Assembly: GCF_006345805.1 (NCBI RefSeq)
Contig: NC_043003.1
Span: forward strand, 66,154,001 to 66,218,000
Reading direction: 5' to 3'
Source: Octopus sinensis
Lineage: Eukaryota
DNA length: 64,000 nt
Shown here in pieces: positions 39,571 to 52,218 of this stretch (the stretch's first letter is position 1; every line of letters starts with the position of its first letter). The notes beneath the pieces were generated by a model that saw only the letters and a program-made list of their open reading frames with translations, had not been told where the DNA came from and searched no databases. The position numbers and the translations under genes were made by a program.

Positions 39571-39695
39571 CGTGTGAATGAATATGTGTGCGTGTGAATG
39601 AATATGTGTGCGTGTGAATGAATATGTGTGCGTGTGAATGAATATGTGTGCGTGTGAATGAATATGTGTGCGTGTGAATGAATATGTGTGCGTGA
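39571..39695 (+). repeat. 20-bp minisatellite (GTGTGAATGAATATGTGTGC) x ~6
   Basis: Near-perfect tandem copies inside the microsatellite slot of a family A SINE. Confidence 0.9.
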
Positions 39696-39864
39696 GTGTG
39701 TGTGGGTGTGTTATGTTTTGTCCTCCCCACCGGTGATGCTGTGTTTACGCGTCCTTAACTTAGCGGTCCGGCTAAAGAAAAGAATAGACTAAGCACCAGG
39801 CTGTGAAAAATAAGAGCTGTGGTCGGTTTATCTGACTGAAAATTCTTAAAGACAGTACCCCATA

Positions 39865-41379
39865 GTTCCTGGCCCGAAAGTTATACTGAAGAGGCGGGTC
39901 AGGTGTTCCGCGTCGACGCCAAGATTCTCCCCGAGAACATCGTTGCATCTCCTTCCCACTAATTCTCTATAGAATGCCTTCGTGGGATTCAAGTCGCTCA
40001 AGTTTTCTCCCGGACGGCAGGGTTTCTTGGGAGCAAAGCACTACGCGCATTGCCATTCGCCTAGCTTCAGTTTGTTTGATCCAAGACTGCAGTTCGGTCA
40101 AAGAGACGAGCTAGGGGAAAGTGCGTCTCACAAACGGCGACCGCACCTGTTCCCCGTCGTCTATGCAGCGCATCATCAACCATGGCATGCTCTGCCCTCC
40201 ATTTCACAGGTGTTGACAGCAAACATCGGAACGCTTCCCTTCCACAAGAAGCGGAAGAATATGCGTTCTAGTTTGGGGATGGAGAGTCGGGACAAGGTAC
40301 AACGATCAGACGGTAATTGATGACAGATGTGATGTACACGTTCGCTACCACCGCCGAGGTCCGGTCCGAACCAGACCAGAACAATTTGATCGGTCCGTCG
40401 GTCCAGCGTTCCACGATTGAGGCGTTGTTGCACGGCATGGGATTGCGTCTCCAGGTGCCGAAGCGCAAGGCCACTGGCTTTTCCCGGTTAATCTTCGCTT
40501 CCATTACCGCTTCATATTTTTAAGTGTCTCACCGATCAGGTCGATATGCCTGTAGCTCGACACTATGACGGTGAAGTCGTCCGCGTATGCAGACACGCTG
40601 CTCCCACATTTCAGTTCTTGCGGGATGCCCCTCAGCATCGCCAGCTTCCGCAGTATTGACTCTAGAGTCATTACTTACAGAAGCGACGAACGCATGATGT
40701 TAAATCGTCTGGTTAGATGACAATTTACGCGAAGTACTGAGTGGATGCTGCTGTATAAGGAAACGATCCACCCGCGGGAGACGGGACCGAAACCAGCTGC
40801 TCTAAGGACAGCCTCCAAGTACCGATGATCGACACTATCGAACGTTTTTGATTGATCCAAATTGATCAACGCCCCACCCATGCCAGGTTCCTTAACTGTT
40901 TATGATGTAGCACATCAGATGGAGGTTGTCATGGATACTCATACCCGGACAGCGCACGTTTGCATCTTGTCGACCAGTTTCTCGATGAGAAGCGCCAACC
41001 TCTAGACTCGCACCTTGGCCAAAATCTTCAAATCTGAGTTGAGCAGAGTTTGGGATAGAGACAGGCGGAGCGGATATAAAGAAGAGACAAAGGAAAGTAT
41101 AGGAAGTTGCACCAAGAGATAAGGCTCTGAGCCTTACGTTCGCTAAAAGACAACATGTCATTGATGTACGTCCATCTAACTTGTTTGGGTCATTTTTTAG
41201 CAGTGACACTTCTCGCTTCACAGAAACGGTGATACTGCCGTTTCGCTGCCAGTTGCATTAGACCGTTGCCAAGGCGCCTCCAAACAAGTCTGGTATATCA
41301 CAATAGATCTCGTAGGGCAGATCATCCAAGCTTGTCGACTTGTCTCCCGCGCAGCCTGCCATCGCATCCCGTATGTCCA
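39865..41379 (-). pseudogene. Degenerate, internally deleted relic of the same Tx1-like family
   Basis: Translations parallel the 26-27.7 kb copy (MGGALINLDQSKTFDSVDHRYLEAVLRAAGFGP; AKINREKPVALRFGTWR; VERWTDGP) with many stops and deletions. Confidence 0.9.
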
Positions 41380-41821
41380 TAATTAGGTGGTATATTTATC
41401 AAGTAGTATTACATTTAAGTAAATTAGTTTTTAAATTAATTGATATTTTGGTCAATTATATTATTGTGTGGTATATTAAATCTATAAATACTACATATAT
41501 ATTAATTACATAGTTAGTTTATATAATGAGTGTGTCTATATTTGAAAAATTTCTTATTTTTGATTCCGTTATTTATGACTTGTACTAGCATTGTGTATAT
41601 TAATCAATATTGAGGTTTTTAGTATTAATTGCTTAATTGGTATTAGACTTTATTTGGATGTTTCTTAAATAAATAAATATATTAGTAATTTAATTAATAA
41701 TTTGATTTAATGTATATAGTTTAAAGTATTGAATTTAGTTTTCACTTAATGTATATTTTGTATCTGATATATATATATATATATATATAGATATGGATAG
41801 ATAGATAGATAGATAGATAGC

Positions 41822-41904
<83 letters not shown>

Positions 41905-41985
41905 CTATTTTAAAGAATATATCTATTTTAAAAATATTATTTACGCATATTTATTAATTAATTATTTTATTATTGTAGTTATCTT

Positions 41986-42088
41986 TAACCTGATGATGGC
42001 TATATTTATATTGAAGTGATTTTACCACTACTACTAATATTTTTACTATAATCATTTCTTAAAGATAGCCACGAAACACGTGTCGTTA
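41986..42088 (+). ncRNA. Type-I hammerhead motif with long stem II loop
   Basis: TAAC-CTGATGA-TGGCTAT(61 nt)ATAGCCA-C-GAAA-CACGTG-TC-GTTA: 4-bp stem I, 7-bp stem II, palindromic ACACGTGT stem III, GUC site. Confidence 0.65.
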
Positions 42089-43050
42089 TTCTACCAAATA
42101 TATACGTTTTATTTATTATTTTTCACATTACTTAATCATCGTTATATTTTTTATTCTTAAATTTAATCTTTCTATTAAATGTAATTTTCTAGATGGTGTA
42201 ATATAATTTTTCATTTTGAATTGATAAAAGGTGTTTTTTTTTTCTAATTTATATATATGTATATATATATATATACATACATAAATACATATATACATAT
42301 ATGTATGTGTGTGTATATATGTGTGTGTTTGTGCTTGTGTTTTTCTATAAGACATTAGTGTATGCAACACAGTAACACACTACGTTCCATATGAAATTTT
42401 CTTCTGATGAATAAAGACAACATTTCGCAGTCAATAAATTTTCTTTGGGTAAATATTTTGTGTATCGAGACGATGATGTCATAGTTTCCTAGAAAAACCA
42501 ACAGTCATCATGCAAAGTAGCTATAGTCAGTCTCATCGAATTATTCATTGACCTAGAGTTAAAAATAATAGCAGGCGCCAACTTTTGCAAAGCAATTGTA
42601 TTAAACTTTACATCTAGAATGCAAATGACATAATGCATTGACAAATGTATTATGTCACATACACACATTCACATATATACACATATACATACATACATAC
42701 ATACATACATACATACATACATACAAACATACAGGCAGACAGACATACATACGTACAAATGTACTCACACACAAACAGAGCTATCATTCACCAGAGATCT
42801 TCTCAGCAGTGACAGGAATGGTACTCAAACATTCCTAATTAACAAAATCATTCTTATTTAAAACGAATTCAAAAACAAAACTCATAAAATAATTGCCACA
42901 TCAACAATGGAGAAAAGCGCGCTGGAACTTTGATATAAACCTGTGTTTTTCCTAATTTTTCGCATATACATATATATTGAATTATATCTCTGTCGAGTTA
43001 ACTTGGAATTCCTCAACGGCAAAGTAACCTTCGTTTAACTAAGGTATCTT

Positions 43051-43134
43051 CGGCCTGATGATTAGCTAGTGGAGCACCGTTCGTTTAATAATTATTACTT
43101 CCGAGATTCTATCAGCTACGAAACATATGTATCC
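43051..43134 (+). ncRNA. Degenerate type-I hammerhead motif with long stem II loop
   Basis: GGC-CTGATGA-T-TAGCT(46 nt)AGCTA-C-GAAA-CATATG-TA-TCC: palindromic ACATATGT stem III; stem I has a mismatch next to the core. Confidence 0.5.
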
Positions 43135-43619
43135 TGGATTTTACCTGCTCCATTCCCTCAATTTCGATTTTTATTTGCGTTCCTAGCCACCCTAATTCCT
43201 AACCGTGAACTATAATAAATACTATTTCCAGCTTATGAAACTTCGATATGCAAAAATCCTACAACATTCTACGCCAATAAACTATTATTGTTCCTGAAAG
43301 TGGTTTTATTCTATACTTACCACGGACTTCTCGAAACTTGTAAAGTTGCTACACCTAGATACTTAGATCTTAAAAGTTAAATATAATTGTGTGTGCATAT
43401 ATGTATATATATTTCTCCCTGAAGAAATACCCAACTCACTGGCTTCAAATATTGGAATTTAATTCAGGTATATTATTTCTGTAATTGAACTGATTGGGTG
43501 TGGAAACAGCTGCAGGCACGAATTTCTCTCCACGACTTATCTTTAAATAACTTCTGTACGTCAAATTTTCTTCTATTTCTCATTCATAAAGTGTTTAAAT
43601 ACCTATATACTTATATATA

Positions 43620-44040
43620 GGCGCAGGAGTGGCTGTGTGGTAAGTAGCTTGCTAACCAACCACATGGTTTCGGGTTCAGTCCCACTGCGTGGCATCTTGG
43701 GCAAGTGTCTTCTGCTATAGCCCCGGGCCGACCAATGCCTTGTGAGTGGATTTGGTAGACTCCATCTTATATGAAAGAAGCCCATCGTATATATGTATAT
43801 ATATATATGTATGAGTGTGTGTTTGTGCGTCTGTGTTTGTTCCCCTAGCATTGCTTGACAACCGATGCTGGTGTGTTTACGTCCCCGTCACTTAGCGGTT
43901 CGGCAAAAAGAGACCGATAGAATAAGTACTGGGCTTACAAAAAGAATAAGTCCCGGGGTCGAGTTGCTCGACTAAAGGCGGTGCTCCAGCATGGCCGCAG
44001 TCAAATGACTGAAACAAGTAAAAAGAAAAGAAAAAGAAAG
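43620..44040 (+). mobile_element. SINE family A, full length, young-looking
   Basis: Complete head, internal microsatellite and 3' half with A-rich tail. Confidence 0.88.
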
Positions 44041-44143
44041 ATACATCAATGCTAAACTAATACATTTAGTTTTCACTGAACAATGGTATAATTCGGTGAA
44101 CTAGGGTACTTGAATCTCTTTAGCGACCATAGTTCCTTGTCAG

Positions 44144-44212
<69 letters not shown>

Positions 44213-44918
44213 ATATATATATACATACATATACATACATATATATATATACTCACATATATATTTACACACGCACATACACATTGGGGAGATTTTCCCA
44301 AAATAAATTAAATTATATCAGTCCTTCCACCAGTTTAAGGATTTAACATTACTGAATGCACTTGACCAGCGCCTCTTTGAGATTCCCTTAGTGATTCAGT
44401 CGGTGATGGCGGAAAATAGCGGAAATGTAATATGGTCAATATAAGGCCCCTCTCATGAGAAACGGGTTGCGGAAATGTGACATTTAAAGTGATGTTGAAT
44501 AGAATGTAACAGCGTGCACTAACCTCAAATCACAAATATCAACGCATTTCGAACAGGGTTTATCTGCCAAGCCCCAATATTTGAATCAAATAACAAAGAC
44601 AAGCAAATAAAATCCATTATTGTAGCCGTCAGTGATTGTCATATGATCCTCAGCCAGAAATAGTCGGTGCCTTATTTTAATTTCTCTGCTGTTGATTGCA
44701 ATTCATGGAAATGGCTGAATATATCTAGATTAAATATACTCCTGTCAACAGCATGCACTAAATAAATAATACACTCACACACGTGCGCGCGCGCACTCAC
44801 ACACACGGATATTAAAGATGTATATATATCTAAATATATTATTCTTTAAACATTGATTCGACTCTATATCACATAAAGATTTGTAGACCTTATATAAAGC
44901 TAGCTCGTCGGACTAGCC

Positions 44919-44957
<39 letters not shown>

Positions 44958-45012
44958 TGTGTGTGTGTTTGTGTGCGTATGTATCCTCTATCTATCTATC
45001 TATCTATCTATG

Positions 45013-45103
<91 letters not shown>

Positions 45104-45105
45104 GC

Positions 45106-45510
45106 TACAGGAGTGTCTGTGTGGTAAGTAGCTTGCTTACGAACCACATGGTTCTGGGTTCAGTCCCACTGCGTGGCAAATTGGGCAAGTGTCTTCTGCT
45201 ATAGCCTCGGGCTGACCAAAGCCTTTGTGAGAGGATCTGGTTGAGGGAAACTGAAAGAAGCCCACCGGATATGTATGTTGTGTGTGTGTGTATGTTTATA
45301 TGTTTGTCCCCCTTACGTCGCTTGACAACCGATGCTGGTGTGTTTATGTTCCCGTGTTCTAACGGTTCGGCAAAAGAGAACCGACAGAATGAATACTAGG
45401 CTTACAAAGAATATTCCTGGGGTCGATTTGCTCGACTGAAGGCGGTACTGCAGCATGGCCACAGTCAAGTGACTGAAACAAGTAAAAGATTAAAAGAATA
45501 AAAGAATATA
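45106..45510 (+). mobile_element. SINE family A, full length
   Basis: Same architecture as 43620..44040. Confidence 0.82.
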
Positions 45511-45641
45511 TGTATGTATGTATGGCAGTTGCCTGAAATGCAATGCACTGGGACTGATCACAGAACCATGTGGTTGGAAAGCAAGCTTCTTACTACACAG
45601 CCATGCCTATGTCTGCACACGCACACTCACACACACACACA

Positions 45642-45686
<45 letters not shown>

Positions 45687-47044
45687 CCGTACAGAAATAT
45701 GCTGGGACAGACAATCACGTACACACAGAGCAGAGATAAAGCGTCAATCACCACAGTTTCCGGTGTCATGTTTTTGTTTTCGATTACCACGCTATACTGA
45801 TATTACATTTTGCTCGATCAAATAGGTATATTGAGTTCCTCCATCAAGCTATTAGTCTCGTTATACATAAGCAAACTATTTATGTATCGCCTCCTCTAAG
45901 CGAACGGTTATTGTGTGCTGATGAAGAGAAATAACCCAGAAATCGTGATACACAACTATTATTTTGTGCTGAGTGGTGACGCTAAACTTCCTTGTTCGAA
46001 AATATGAGAACTTATATAGTGTGGCGTATAAGCAACTGGAAACGATGTTTCCTACGGCTAAATAACAGTAACATTCGTCCTAAACCAGGGCTGCCACGTT
46101 ATGTTGGCAAATAATCATCATTCTAGAGAACTGTTACTGAATGTCTCTCGTTTAGTGATTTAAAAAGGAATTTTCTATTTTACACGCACACATATATAGT
46201 GTCAAGTCATATATATATATATATAAAGTGTAGGAAAAAATGGAGCTGAACGAAGATTTAACAAAATTCCTCTATATTATTTTCTACATATGTATATATA
46301 TATATATATATATACATATATATAAGCAAAATAAGGTGAGGCACTTAAGGTGGGGCACCAAAAATTAGTGCGGTATTATCCGTACAATTTTAAAGTAAGG
46401 TGAATAAAATCAAAATAAACAACAGGATATCCTGTTGCTTATTTTGATATATATATAGATATATATTGTCAATTCTAGGAAACGAATAAGATTAAGAGAC
46501 AGACAACAATACGACGTGCACAAGGAATGTATTAGATTGACGCTTGGTAAAAAGAGAGAGTTTTTGACGTTTCGAGTATAGCCCTTCTTTGGAAAGGAGA
46601 AAGGGAAAAGAGATTGCCAACAGTACATAGACTTATTCTCTTGGACATAGAACATTTGGTTTGGGTGTTGAAAATACATGTAAAGCAAATTGTGTTATTT
46701 TTCGTTCGATTGAAAAAAATGTTTTTCATATATCATAATGCATCGAATATATTTGTCTTATTTCCCAAAGGAAAGCAAAAAACAAAACAAAATTTAAAAA
46801 TTTGAATGGAAACTGGGGGCACGTGAGAAAATACTTTAGCGATAAAACATGCAGGAACAAAATCAAATGTTCAATAGATTTCAAGGCAAAATTATATAGT
46901 GAAAATTCAAAAATTCGATATGCTTCTCAGCTCAAGGAAATGATGAAAGTTCAAATGTTCTCTAAATTCAATAATGTACATAAAACATATACTTACATAT
47001 GAGTGTGTATGTGTGTGTGTGGTGGGGTGAACTTGAATATATAT

Positions 47045-47370
47045 TACGAGGTGCGTTCAAAGGGTATCCGAATTTTTCCGCCAAAACTACCCTTCTCATG
47101 CCTGCGTGTAAACTTTCGTGCTGGTAGGCCGAGTGGGTTTCCGTGTGTTATACCTAGCGTACAGACGTGTAGTACGCGCTAGTTATACTTTCGTTATCAG
47201 GCAATAAGGAAACGAGTCAAACAGAGGTCATAAACCCATGTCTTATCACTTTTCACAGTCCCACATGTCCTGAGCTATTTTCATGCTGCTTCACCTTGCA
47301 CCTGGGGACGAATTCCGCCAACTCTCCACATGCACAAGATAATGTGCCCTTTTCATGGGCCCGGTTTCCC
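47045..47370 (+). mobile_element. Old mariner/Tc1-like relic
   Basis: TA-CGAGGTGCGTTCAAA TIR-like start and a degenerate HHDNAPxH-like peptide (HAQDNVPFS). Confidence 0.35.
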
Positions 47371-47439
47371 GGTTTCTGTGTTCCCCACCAGCTGGACGGG
47401 ACGCCAGTCCATAGCAGTGTTAATCAAGAAAGAGGAAGA

Positions 47440-47620
47440 AAGATTGAGAGAAAGTTGGAGCGAAAGAGTACAACAGGGGTCGCCACCAGCCCCTGCCGGA
47501 GCCTCGTGGAGCTTTAGGTGCTTTCGCTCAATAAACACACACAACGCCCGGTCTGGGAATCGAAACCGCGATCCCCTGACCGCGCGTCGCTACCTCTCAA
47601 CCACTGGGCCATTGCGCCTC
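47440..47620 (-). mobile_element. SINE family C 5' part
   Basis: Minus GGAGGCGCAATGGCCCAGTGGTT...GGTTTCGATTCCCAGACCGGG; same head as 53216. Confidence 0.78.
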
Positions 47621-47631
47621 CTATATATATA

Positions 47632-47853
47632 TATCTATACAATATGTTACATTACTCGGTAGTCAAGATAAAACTCTGAGTTTCAGATGCCGAAGTGGAA
47701 ATCCACAACACCATCTCTTCGGTTATCTGGCTATTTGAAAACGTTTTCAAATAGCCAGATAACCGAAGAGATGGTGTTATGGATTTCGACTTCGGCATCT
47801 GAAACTCAGAGTTTTATCTTGACTACCGAGTAATGTAACATATTGTATAGATA
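47632..47853. repeat. 222-bp spacer-less palindrome (111-bp arms, 2 mismatches), probably an inverted PLE-type terminal repeat
   Basis: Centre ...TTTGAAAAC|GTTTTCAAA... at 47742/47743. Arms pair out to TATCTATAC/GTATAGATA. Confidence 0.95.
47757..47819 (+). ncRNA. Type-I hammerhead motif (U4C core) in right arm of palindrome; mirror copy at 47666..47728 on minus
   Basis: AGATAA-CCGAAGA-GATG(22 nt)CATC-T-GAAA-CTC(A)GAG-TT-TTATCT: 6-bp stem I, 4-bp stem II, 4-bp stem III, GUU site. Confidence 0.55.
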
Positions 47854-47915
47854 AATTTCCTCTATTTACATAATATTGAGGTCTCTTTCTTTCTTTTGTT
47901 ATCTTACCGTTTTAT

Positions 47916-47988
<73 letters not shown>

Positions 47989-48525
47989 ACACAACTCCAA
48001 ATAGTATTTATTTATAAAGTTCATATCACCATATCCTTAAATAATATTTGAAATTGTATTAGAAGATTATAACATAACAACTAAATCTTAAACGGGCCCC
48101 TGAGGTTAATGCGGATCCCATTTAAGAATCACTGCCCTACATCAGTGTTTTTTTGGGTTTTTTTAATATATCGCTTTTAGATTTCTTTTGGTTCGCTCAC
48201 CAACATATGTTCATATTCCACCTTACATTCTTGAGGTTAGTCAAGCAGTGTTTGGCATTTTCTGCCAAAAATCATATCCAGGAAAGTTGTTGAAAAATAA
48301 CATGATGTCACGTAATTTAAAGGATGTTTGCGTCAAATGTTTTTCACGTGCGTCAAATAAAGAAATTTGAATTTCCGACATTTATCGATAAGCGTAGATA
48401 TAAGTGTGTGTAGGCAACGGAAGTTCGCTTTGCGGTCACGTGATTATTTGTTCAGACTCACTGCCTGGCATCTTGCACAATTCTCTTCTACTGTAGCCTC
48501 AGGCCAATGGAAACTGAATCTAGTC

Positions 48526-48560
<35 letters not shown>

Positions 48561-49069
48561 GTTTTATCATTAAAAGTGCAAAAACATAGCATAATTATCA
48601 CAAAAATATGTTCCTCGGACAGATTTGATTCGCATCCGCAATCTAAACATGTCCGACGACAAGAACGTGAAGGTCTGAGTAGCAGGTTTTTGTTTTGTTA
48701 TGTTTTTGCAGGTTTAATAATAAAGTATATTAAACTACCTCCAGTATTCGTGTACTATTTTTTCACCATCGTGCTTTTCATTTATGTGCTTACTCTGGTA
48801 TGTATATAAACTGTGTCTTAGTGAGTGTCTATGCTTATCCTCCATCATGGCTTGACAACGGGTGTTTGTTTACGTTCTCCTGACGTAGCAGTTCATCGAA
48901 CGAGACGGTCAAAATGAATACCAGATTTCAAAAAAAGTAAGTTCTGGTATCGATTTGTGCGACTAAACTCATCAATGTGCATTGATTGAAACAACAAAAA
49001 TAGATATCTTATGAAAGGTTTCATATATCGTCTTATATATAAACGAAACATTATATTACCAAATATTAT

Positions 49070-49530
49070 TTTCTACTCTAGGCACAGGGCCCGAAATTTT
49101 GGGTGCGGAGGCAAGTCGATTTGATCGAGCCCAGTACACAACTGTTACATAATTTATCGACCCTGACAAACAAGGACAGACAGACATATTAAGTCGATTA
49201 CATTGACCTCAGTGCGTAACTGGTACTTAATTTATCGACCCTGAAAGGGTGAAAGGCAAAATCGACATCAAAAGAATTTGAACTCAGAACGTAACAGCAG
49301 ACGAAATACCTATTTCTTTACTACCCACAAGGGGCTAAACACAGAAAGGACAAACAAGGACAGACAAACGGATTAAGTCGATTATATCAACCCTAGTGCA
49401 TAATGGACCCCGAAAGGATGAAAGGCAAAGTCGACTTGGACGGAATTTGAACTCAGAACGTAACGGCAGACGAAATACTGCTAAGCATTTCGCCGGCGTG
49501 CTAACGTTTCTGCCAGCTTGCTGCCTTAAG
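49070..49530 (-). mobile_element. SINE family B multimer (about 2 bodies plus a partial)
   Basis: Reverse complement of head and repeated body. Confidence 0.8.
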
Positions 49531-49688
49531 ACAAATAAATATTGAAAGATTTACAATGGGGACTAGAACGTGACACAGTTGGCTTCATATCCTAAGCTAG
49601 ACCTATCATCAAGAGAGTTCTTGCTATGACTAACCTGTCATTTTTAGACAAAGACTAATGATGGACTGCATTGTCAAAAACGTGGGTA

Positions 49689-49891
49689 CAGCAATCCTTC
49701 GCCATATCGCGGTTCACCTATCGCGGTTAATTATTTAAGCTTACGTCAATTCCTCCGTCGTGTTGTTTTGCATTTATAATAAAATTTATATATATGCAAA
49801 TTTAAAAAAATCTATTGTTTCTTCTTCGCGAATTTTCAGCTATTGCGAAGGTTTTTGGAACGTAACACTCGTGATAGTCGAAGGAGTACTG
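49689..49891 (-). mobile_element. Second copy of the same MITE family
   Basis: TA-CAGCAATCCTTCGCCATATCGCG...CGTGATAGTCGAAGGAGTACTG-TA; interior homologous to 29469..29698 in reverse. Confidence 0.72.
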
Positions 49892-50841
49892 TATTTGCAT
49901 TTCTTTTAGAGAGAAGAGACTGGACCCATTGTGTAAGGTGATGCATTCACAATAGCATGATATTGGTTTCGATTCCAAGAAAAAGCAGAGCGTGGTGTTC
50001 ATGCGCAAAAAACACTTAATTCTACATTGCTCTAATCCATTCAATTGTAAACGAGTAATTCTGCCGTGGTCTGGCGTCCTGTCCAGGGAGTGGGGGATGT
50101 TTTCATTTCGGTCTTTTATATGCCTTGAAAACCCGATCAACGACCTAATGAGTCTTAGTACTTGAGACAGTAATGATGCTGATGATGATGACGACACGAT
50201 GACGATTATGACGGCTAAGATGACATCGATGATGATGATGAATTTTAGAGTAATTCGCTGCCACGTCTAACAACCAAAGGGTTATTTGGTCGCTTACATC
50301 CTTCCATTTCCGAAAAGAAAGTGACATCGAAGTTATTTTGTCTCAAAGGCCTCAAAACCCTTCGATTCAACCTTGCATTTGTTCCTTCTTGTTTTATTCA
50401 CGTCTGATAAAAACTCAAATATTATCGTCTCTCGTCTCCCCCCGCCTCACTACCACCACCACCTAGCAGCAAATAAATGCGATGAAATATTCATATATTT
50501 GTGTTATCTTCGCCTGTTGAATATTTACATGATTTTGATGTCACAAGCTTCTGTATGTTTCAAAGTAACGAGTTTGTTTCTACTGCATCACTTTTCCGTA
50601 AAAACAGATGTTAATTGCATCTGATGATTCTGAATTTACCACTGAAAATCTTTCGTCGTATATTTCCACCTTGTTCCTCTATGAGATGTATTAACGCTAA
50701 TTCTGTCTAATGAAACGTCCCGCAATAATTTTTCTTTTTTTTTTGCTGTGAAACTCCTTTTAATCATATTTTACTCATATGGGACCGCCTAGTCATGCAA
50801 TGTTTTTAAAAAATCGTATATCTTTATAATTATTGATATAT

Positions 50842-51024
50842 AGGCGCAAAAGTGGCTGTGTGGTAAGTTGCTTGCTTACCAACCACATGGTTCCGGATTT
50901 AGTCACACTGCGTGGCACCTTGAGCAAGTGTCTTTTACTATAGCCTCGAGCCGACCAAAGCCATGTGAGTGGATTTGGTAGACGGAAACTGAAAGAAGCC
51001 CGTCGTAGATTGATAGATAGATAA

Positions 51025-51075
<51 letters not shown>

Positions 51076-51420
51076 TAGATAGATAGATAGATAGATAGAT
51101 AGAAGTGGCTGTGTAGTAAGTAACTTGCTTACCAACCACACGGTTCCGGGTTCAGTCCCACTGCGTTGCACCTTGGGCAAATGCCTTCTACTATAGCCTC
51201 GGGCCGACAAAATCCTTGTGAGTGGATTTGGTTGATGGAAGCTGAAAGCCCGTCGTATATATGTATATAGGGATATTTTCTTTTATTCTTTCTCTTATTC
51301 TTTGTAAGCCTAGTACTTGTTATATCGCTCTCTTTCGCTGAATCGCTAAGTTACAGGGACGTAAAAACACCAAGATCGGTTGTCGAGCGATGGTGGGATC
51401 AAACACAGACACACAAATAC
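50842..51420. mobile_element. Cluster of SINE family A parts (two + strand 5' halves around (TAGA)n, then an inverted 3' half)
   Basis: Heads at ~50842 and ~51104; reverse-complement 3' half at ~51300-51420. Confidence 0.75.
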
Positions 51421-51486
51421 ATACATATATACATTCATGTACATTATTTACAGTTGACGGATATTTGTCCTCATCTTCTTTTTGTT

Positions 51487-51532
51487 AACACAACGTTTCG
51501 GCTGATGTAACCTCCAGCATTCATCAGCTGTC
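51487..51532 (-). ncRNA. Minimal hammerhead motif in a short repeat element
   Basis: Minus GACAG-CTGATGA-AT-GCTG(GAGGTTACAT)CAGC-C-GAAAC-GT-T-GTGTT. Stem I would be GACAC/GTGTT if the G next to the core were C. Confidence 0.55.
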
Positions 51533-51642
51533 TTGGGGAAATTTTGAACCTGGGTTCTCATTTCTAACGTATTTTTGAGGTTATTATCATTGTTATTATT
51601 AGTGTTGTTGTTGTTGTGTTGTTGTTGTTGCCGTTGTTGTTG

Positions 51643-51685
<43 letters not shown>

Positions 51686-52218
51686 CTTGTTGTTGTTATT
51701 ATTATTCGTTTTTAGGGGTGTTGCCGAATGCAACCTGGCAATAGTTCCCTTTTCAAGCTGCACCGCAATTGTTCCAAATCTTTTGCCTCTGGCAAGGTAC
51801 GAAATCCCTTGCCAGACTGGTCTCAACATAGATTATTTCTTCCCAATCCTTGTCTATCCTTTTCAGGCACTCCACCATCTCCTGCTCCGATGATATATAT
51901 TCCGGGAAAGGGGCAGCCTTCATGCTCGAAACAGAGCAACTCAAAACTTCACAAGTTCTTCTTCGACGTTTCTTCATCACAAGAGGAACAACGTCGCACA
52001 ACCAAAGAAAACAACACGCACAGCCCAAAAGACACATACGTCTCGTACAAAATCAAGAAACCAAATGAATCCTGGGTAACCGGAAGCAAGCTTTTTACCA
52101 CACCTGCGTAAATATTGTTAAAATTGCTTGTGTATTATTCATGTATAATCAATTTATATCAGATAAATTTTAGCAACAAAATCTGATAATCTGCTGATCC
52201 ATGTTGAAAACCACTGGT

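Noticed and set aside
42405-42430. CTGATGA as a hammerhead (also 17490, 32990, 50622, 54500, 55425)
   Set aside because: No properly spaced GAAA with closing stems I-III.
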